This document shows positions 19,913-25,491 of a DNA stretch of 25,491 nt, one piece after another. The stretch covers positions 1-25,491 of the forward strand of contig NW_021836061.1 of the NCBI RefSeq assembly GCF_006345805.1. Direction: 5' to 3'. A program made the position numbers and the translations under genes. The notes below the pieces were generated by a model. That model was not told the DNA's origin and searched no databases. It saw only the letters and a program-made list of their open reading frames with translations. The number at the start of each line of letters is the position of its first letter. Within the stretch, counting starts at the first letter, position 1. Source of the stretch: Octopus sinensis (Eukaryota).

Positions 19913-20201
19913 CAGTATATGTTTTAGAAGGAACGGTACTGTTTTCGTGTAGTTATATTCACAAGTAAATTTTAATTTCGAATCATATTTTAGGACAAAT
20001 ATTTCACAAACCTTTGAGTTTGTCAACTTCCAGTGCTGCTCATGCACAGAATGTCTGCCGAAATCTGTTGACTTTCAAACACAAATTTTAAATCATTGCA
20101 GCAAATGGGAATATTCACGCCTGAAGATTGATGGAATTGTTGGCGTGTCAGAAAAATAATTTGCAGCATTTTCTCTTCTTGCTATATATAAAGATATATT
20201 C

Positions 20202-20330
20202 TGAATTCAAATCCGCGCTGTCACATATGCTTGTTCTTCTTTCAGGGTCAATAAAATGAAATGCCAGAGAAGTACTGGAATCAATATTATCGATTAATAC
20301 CTTCTCTCGCATCTCTGACCTTGTTCCTTA
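20202..20330 (+). mobile_element. Very old SINE family B fragment
   Basis: tgaattcaaatccg ... cttctttcagggtcaataaaatg ... ctggaatcaatattatcgatt weakly aligns to family B. Confidence 0.4.
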
Positions 20331-20760
20331 TTTTTGGTTAGGAGCAGGGACCGAGGGTTAACTAAGACCTCAAGAAATATTGTGTGTAGGAATAGATGGT
20401 ACGCATGAGATGAATTCGTTCGATTGGCAACAAAAACGAAAGCGTATCATTATTCGTTTAATTTTCTTAGAAATAGGGTGGTTAATCCTGACAATATTTC
20501 AAAATATTTCTAAAACACATATACGATTTACAATTAACTGTTTGATTACAATCAACATATAAATTATAATACATATCTTAAAGATATCTTTAAAAATACT
20601 GCTTAATTTTCAGCCATAAATCAATCTTGAAATTTAACAATTTTTATAATTCAGTTAAAAAGGGAAATCTTATTCTTATTTAAGTTATAAATCTTCAGAT
20701 GTTTCTATTTAAACAGCCTAACCTTGACTTAGAAATTCTAAATACTCGTAGTATTTCATA

Positions 20761-21226
20761 ATAATCCTTTCTACTATTGACACAAGGCCAGAAATTTGAA
20801 AACTGCTCAAATGGTACTTATTTCACATCCGGGTTCATGAAAATTGTTCGAAAACAATTATTCGAAAATAATTATTTGAAAAGCAGTTATTGGAAATAAA
20901 TATCATTTCTGTACTTGATTTTTGATGATATTTTTGTTTAAATAAATTTCCAAATAAACTTAGAATAATTAACATTTCGTATAATTGACCTTTTAAATAA
21001 ATTTCATTCATACAATTTTCCATTCGAATAAATGTTTTTCGAATAATTGTTCTCGAATAATTGTTTTCGAACAATTAATTTCGAACAATATTCTTATCAT
21101 CATTTCATCCATCCCGGAAGGATGAAAACCAAAGTCTATATCGGTGGAATTTGAAATCAGAACATAAAGACAGACGAAACACCAGTAAACATTTTGTCGA
21201 ATGTGCTAACGATTCTGCCAGCTCTC
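20761..21226 (-). mobile_element. SINE family B split by an inverted-repeat insert
   Basis: ggtacttatttcacatcc (to 20830) resumes as cggaaggatgaaaaccaaagtc (21115). Confidence 0.75.
20831..21109. mobile_element. AT-rich insert with inverted arrays of a 14-bp motif (MITE-like)
   Basis: AATTRTTYGAAAAN x3 at 20842-20883, mirrored at 21035-21076 (25 bp perfectly inverted). Possible catcc TSD (20826-30 / 21110-14). Confidence 0.7.
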
Positions 21227-21230
21227 GGTT

Positions 21231-21415
21231 CCCAATTTTCGGGTAAGACGATATCATCGACCCCACTGCTCAGCTGTTACTTAATTTATCTACTCCGAAA
21301 GAATAAAAAGTAAAGATGATCGATACGGAATTTGAACTCAGAACGTTAAGAGCCGGGAGAAAAACCGCTAAGCATTTTGCTCGGCGTGCTAACGAGTCTG
21401 CCATCTCACCACGTT
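21231..21415 (-). mobile_element. SINE family B, diverged
   Basis: ggaatttgaactcagaac ... gctaagcattttgctcggcgtgctaacg. Confidence 0.8.
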
Positions 21416-21426
21416 ACAGAATTGCT

Positions 21427-21648
21427 TAATAATCCTTTCTACTAGAGGCACAAGGCCTGAAATTTTGGGGAGGGGGGGGCAGTCGATTAGATCGACACCA
21501 GTACGCAACTGGTACTTAATTTATCGATCCCGAAAGGATGAAAGGCAAAGTCGACCTCGGCGGAATTTTAACTCAGAATGCAGCGACGGGTGAAATATCG
21601 TTGAGAGTTTCGTGCAGTCTGCTAACGATTTTGCCAGGTCACCGCCTT
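21427..21648 (-). mobile_element. SINE family B (tail b), full length
   Basis: TSD agaattgct (21418-26 / 21649-57); intact central block. Confidence 0.9.
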
Positions 21649-21774
21649 AGAATTGCTCATTAATACAATCTTTTACGGGCTAAAACCTTCTCATTATAAG
21701 GTAGAAGCTCTATTTTAAAACTTTATAACCTGTTGAAAAAACTGCAACCGCATAGATACATTTACACTAAACAT

Positions 21775-22146
21775 ATGCATTCATATAAAGTCATACTCAA
21801 CACGATCGAATACACTCGGACGTGAGAAGTCTTCCAGCTACTGTGATAGTCCCAGAGGGAGAATTCTTTCATCAAGACATGTGTGAAAACACAAACTAGA
21901 TTGTGAATGACGTCACTGGATCATAGAACGCATACATTTTGTATCGTTTCACTCCACCACCTAAAAGCTGTCATTCACAGTTTGTTAAGACTGATTTATG
22001 ATTCAATGACGTCATCTAAAGCCCGTCTAGTGCTATCATACTTGTCTTGGGGGAGAAATTTTTCTCGGGTATATTTCAGCAGCGGAATGTCTTTTCACGT
22101 CCGAGTGCGCTCAAACTTGCTGAATATGACTTTGCATGAATATATT
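21775..22146. repeat. Degenerate fold-back element with ~150-bp arms
   Basis: cactcggacgtga (21813-25) / tcacgtccgagtg (22095-107); aaagtcata / tatgacttt; symmetric TGACGTCA at 21908 and 22007. Confidence 0.8.
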
Positions 22147-22539
22147 TTATTCCACAAATTTGCACACCTTCCTTCTTATACATGATCATACAACCTATCT
22201 CTTTTCCCTATAAATCATTTATTAAACACATTCCGGCAATCCCTATTGGTTCGTTATTATTTTTTTATCGATAATACCATTCCCATCACTGTTATGCCAA
22301 CTTTGCTTTTTAATAACATAAGTGTATACATATATGAAATGCCTTTATTCATTTATTTATTTATATATTTTACGCTAATATTTCAAACGTGTTGCCGAAA
22401 ACTTGAAATTAATGTGAAATTTTTTAAAAACATAATAAAATAAAATAAATATTTCATTCAATCTCACAATTAATGTTCTTCGTTTTTATGATAAATATCT
22501 ATCAATCAATATATATAGATATAGATAAATACATTTACA

Positions 22540-22720
22540 TATATATATATGTGTGTGTGGTGTGGCATGCGTATAAGATTTGTGCGTTTGTGTGTGTGTG
22601 TGTGCGTATATTTGTGTGCGTGTGTGTATGCGTATGTAAGGATGTGTAGTAGTAATAGTGGTAGTAGTAGTAGTTGTAGTAGTAGTAGTTGTAGTAGTAG
22701 TAGTAGTAGTAGTAGTAGTA
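22540..22720. repeat. (TG)n and (TAG)n microsatellites
   Basis: Direct reading. Confidence 0.9.
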
Positions 22721-23094
22721 ACAGAAGAAGACAAAGAAGAGAAAAAATAAAGAAGAAGAATTAAAAATGGAAAACAATGGATTATATAAACATTAAGCAG
22801 AAGTGAAAAGAAAAGGAATATATATGTATGGGAGCGTGTATTATACATACATACATACATACATGTTTGTGTGCGGGTTTTTGTGTGGGTGTGTGAGAGA
22901 GAGAAAGAGGGAGACAGTGTGTGTGTGTGTGTGTGTGTGTTTTCAAGCACGCTACAATGCCAATACATCTTTCGCCAGAACTTCATCTATAGCTTTCTTA
23001 ATACCTACGAGCTGGTAAGTAAAATGATTTAAAATAGTATAAGCGTTGGGATATACGAAACATACTACAGCATATACGAATATTTATATTAAAA

Positions 23095-23491
23095 AGGCGG
23101 CGAACTGGCAGAAACGTTAGCACTCCGAGCGAAATGCTTGGCGGTATTTCGTCTGTCTTTACATTCTGGGTTCAAATTCCACCGACGTCGACTTTGCCTT
23201 TCATCCTTTCGGGGTCGATAAATTAAGTACCAGTTACGCACTGGGGTCGATGTAATCGACTTAATCCGTTTGTCTGTCTTTGTTTGTCCCTTCTGTGTTT
23301 AGCCCCTTGTGGGTAGTAAAGAAATAGGTATTTCGTCTGTCTTTACATTCTGGGTTCAAATTCCGCTGAGGTCGACTTTGCCTTTCATCCTTTCGGAATC
23401 GGTAAATTAAGTACCAGTTGCGTCCTGAGGTCGATCTGATCGACCGGACCCACTTCCCAAAAGTTTCGGGCCTTGTGCCTAGAGTAGAAAA
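23095..23491 (+). mobile_element. Dimeric SINE family B (full copy with tail a + 5'-truncated copy with tail b) inside one TSD
   Basis: 17-bp TSD gaatatttatattaaaa at 23078-94 and 23492-508 brackets both monomers. Confidence 0.92.
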
Positions 23492-23520
23492 GAATATTTA
23501 TATTAAAATAAATGCCAGTC

Positions 23521-23564
23521 TTATCTAAAGTTTCGATTCTTTTTGCCATCTCATCAGTAGAGAA
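23521..23564 (-). ncRNA. Hammerhead-ribozyme-like motif
   Basis: TT C TCTA | CTGATGA | GAT-10 nt-ATC | GAAA CTT | TAGA T AA. Perfect core and stem I of 4+2 bp. Stem III is one nt short of palindromic ACGT. Confidence 0.5.
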
Positions 23565-23843
23565 AAGCATGTCCTATAAATATAACATGGGGTTTGTTTC
23601 ATGTGTGGCTGTAAGACACGTAAGGTAGCTTATTTAATATCCGCAGTATCAACTATTAATAGGAAGAATGCAAGAACATAACTTTGTTTATTCAACTGAT
23701 GAATTTGAGAAAAGTAAAACACTACACCTCTAGGTTAAATATGGATTTGAATAACATATTTTCTCGTATATTGCTGTATGTATATATTGTGGCATGTGCA
23801 TTATGATTGTGTGTTTCTATGCATATGGGTATATATATATATA

Positions 23844-23994
23844 GGCCTGGTTGTATGGTAAGAAGCTTGCTTCCTAACCACACCACATGATTCCGGGTTC
23901 AGTCTCGGTGCGTGGTACCTCGGGCGAGTGTCTTCTAGTATAGCATCGGATTGACCAAAGCCTTGTGAGTGCATTTCGTAAACACAAACTGAAA
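23844..23994 (+). mobile_element. SINE family A 5' half
   Basis: tggttgtatggtaagaagcttgc ... GGGTTCAGTCTC ... accaaagccttgtgagtg. Confidence 0.85.
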
Positions 23995-24233
23995 GGGTGC
24001 TTATTATAATCAGTCTCTTTAGCCGAACAGATAGTTACGGGAACGTAAACACACCAACACCGGTTGTCAAGCGGTGGTGGGAGACAGACACAAAGACACA
24101 CACAAACACATATACGACGGGCTTCTTTCAGTTTCCGTCCACCAAATTCACTCACAAGATTTTGCTCGGCCCGAGGCTATAGTAGAAGACACATGCGGAA
24201 GGTGCCATGCAGTAGGACTGAACCCAGAACCAT
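23995..24233 (-). mobile_element. SINE family A partial copy, inverted relative to 23844
   Basis: Reverse complement of the A body from the B box to the mid 3' part. Confidence 0.85.
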
Positions 24234-24246
24234 ACAGAGAGACAGA

Positions 24247-24521
24247 GAGAAACAACTAGTTTTAAACATCTGAGCGAGAAATATATAGTAGCAGTACCGT
24301 ACAGTAAAGTCCATTTGCCAAAGTAACGTGGCAGTCCCTTGCTCACAGTATACGGACACAGATCATACGTCGGTAGCCAGCTGGAAAAGATGCTTTCCTG
24401 AGGCTAAAATGTAGTTACATCGTCCTGCGTAGGACTGCCACGATGAGTTGGCAAATAGACTTTACTGAACGGTACTTTTACTACATATTTCTCGCTAAGA
24501 GATTTAAAACTAGTTTTTCTC
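24247..24521. repeat. Fold-back element with ~90-bp arms
   Basis: aactagttttaaa ... agcgagaaatat ... agtaccgt ... atttgccaa ... cgtggcagtcc (24247-337) mirrored at 24432-521. Confidence 0.85.
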
Positions 24522-24763
24522 TTCACGAGATCAACGACGGTGTGTCGCTTTAAAAGTATATGCTGTAGGCGAGAGCGATTGTGCTATCTCGAAGGGAAAT
24601 TAGCCTGAAATCATTTGTCTACAGGTATCACTACAGCTAGAAAGAGACTGGTAAACTCCTTTGCTCACAGTATACGGACTCATCGGTGTGTTTACTACCA
24701 CAAGTTGTTATATTTGTGTTTTTGTGATTACGTGTATGCTGCAGTCGGCGATTTTGTCTTGGA

Positions 24764-24920
24764 CAGGAACAAAGAGCCAACGTGGAATTTTGCGTTAAAC
24801 TTGGAAAGTCTGCTACAAAGACATTGAGCAAGCTTACAACGACGAGGCAATGGGCGATACGCAATGTTTCGAGGGGCACGGTTGCTTAAAAGCGGAAGAA
24901 TGTCCCTGGAAGATGATGGC
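24764..24920 (+). mobile_element. Mariner transposase N-terminal HTH fragment (pseudogenised)
   Basis: QEQRANVEFCVKLGKSATKTLSKL(fs)YNDEAMGDTQCFEGHG(fs)KSGRMSLEDD matches the mariner pattern EQR..IKFC.KLGKSATET...L..AYG..A.....VF.WH..FK.GR.S.EDD. Confidence 0.85.
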
Positions 24921-24947
24921 TTATAAAAAGTGTCGGTGCCCAAATCT

Positions 24948-24992
24948 TCAAGGCGGTGACCCAAGCATGGTCGCAGTCTAAAAACTGGAATG
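24948..24992 (+). mobile_element. SINE family A 3' tail fragment
   Basis: aaggcggtgacccaagcatggtcgcagtc resembles aaggcggtgctccagcatggccgcagtc. Confidence 0.6.
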
Positions 24993-25026
24993 AGAGAAAG
25001 ATTTATATATATATATATATATATAT

Positions 25027-25235
25027 AACGGGAAGCTTTATGAAAATAAACAAAAGACGAAGGCAGGTGGAATACAAACAAACAATTGTATTAGTATGGC
25101 GCTCAGGAATATAAATAAAACAAGTCTTTTACGTTTCGAGCCTACGCTCTTCTACAGAAAGATACACAGAAAAGAAACACAGAAAGAAACAAGGAGAGAA
25201 AAAAATGCGTGCAGAGGCTAGCGAATCAACATGGC
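25027..25235 (-). mobile_element. Probable PLE terminal repeat anchored at (TA)n
   Basis: Abuts (TA)n at 25004-26. Contains the hammerhead-like motif. Its first 63 bp recur at 14333-95. Confidence 0.55.
25125..25162 (-). ncRNA. Minimal hammerhead-ribozyme-like motif with variant core
   Basis: TCTTT | CTGTAGA A | GAGC GTAG GCTC | GAA ACGT A | AAAGA. 5-bp stem I, 4-bp stem II, palindromic ACGT stem III, GUA triplet. Deviations are A6U and an extra A after A9. Confidence 0.55.
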
Positions 25236-25250
25236 GATATATATATACAC

Positions 25251-25396
25251 ATAATTTAAATGGAGACAATACTAGCGGAAAACTAGAGGAAGATGACCTA
25301 TTATCCAATAAAAGAACACATATATATTGAATATTCTATTGGATAATAGGTCATGCTCCTGTAGTTTTCCGCTAGTATTGCCTCCATTCAAATTAT
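25251..25396. repeat. 60-bp inverted repeat with 26-nt loop
   Basis: 25251-310 versus 25337-396: 55/60 match. Confidence 0.95.
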
Positions 25397-25491
25397 AAAT
25401 TGGAACTTAGCTCAATTTGAGCACTCCGATTCTAGCCTGTTTCTAAGTATTGTTAAAGTTAAGAATCTCTATATAAAATAGTATAATTTAT

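Noticed and set aside
19930-20180. Complex block sharing gaacggtact with the 24247 fold-back arm
   Set aside because: Only about 10 bp match and no interpretable translation; cannot be classified without a search.
46-23018. Many ORFs with poly-I/Y/L/V/C/T/H runs (e.g. 46-255, 5527-5802, 8424-8840, 9180-9527, 15723-16196, 22486-22986)
   Set aside because: They are translations of microsatellites and have no domain content.

Overview
AT-rich, repeat-saturated eukaryotic non-coding DNA with no recognisable host-gene exon, rRNA, tRNA gene or CRISPR array. The repeat families look like those of an octopus (coleoid cephalopod) genome. That assignment rests on recall of the repeat sequences and is not verified by a search. 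Contents: (i) about 25 copies or fragments of four tRNA-headed SINE groups, several nested with clear target-site duplications (TSDs); (ii) decayed retroelements: an R4/Dong-type LINE fragment (+), the 5' end/ORF1 of an L1/Tx1-type LINE with a CCHC knuckle (-), and a Penelope-like element (PLE) 3' end with a GIY-YIG C-terminal remnant (-); (iii) DNA-transposon relics: a Tc1 deletion derivative with TIRs, two pogo/Tigger-type MITEs, a mariner HTH fragment, a piggyBac-like end and three fold-back elements; (iv) a 33/46-bp higher-order minisatellite and many microsatellites. The most notable signal is four hammerhead-ribozyme-like motifs, all on the minus strand; three sit in (TA)n-anchored modules and one of those lies downstream of the PLE endonuclease remnant. 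Each copy has a core defect, so activity is unproven. Nearly all ORFs in the supplied track are microsatellite or antisense artefacts.
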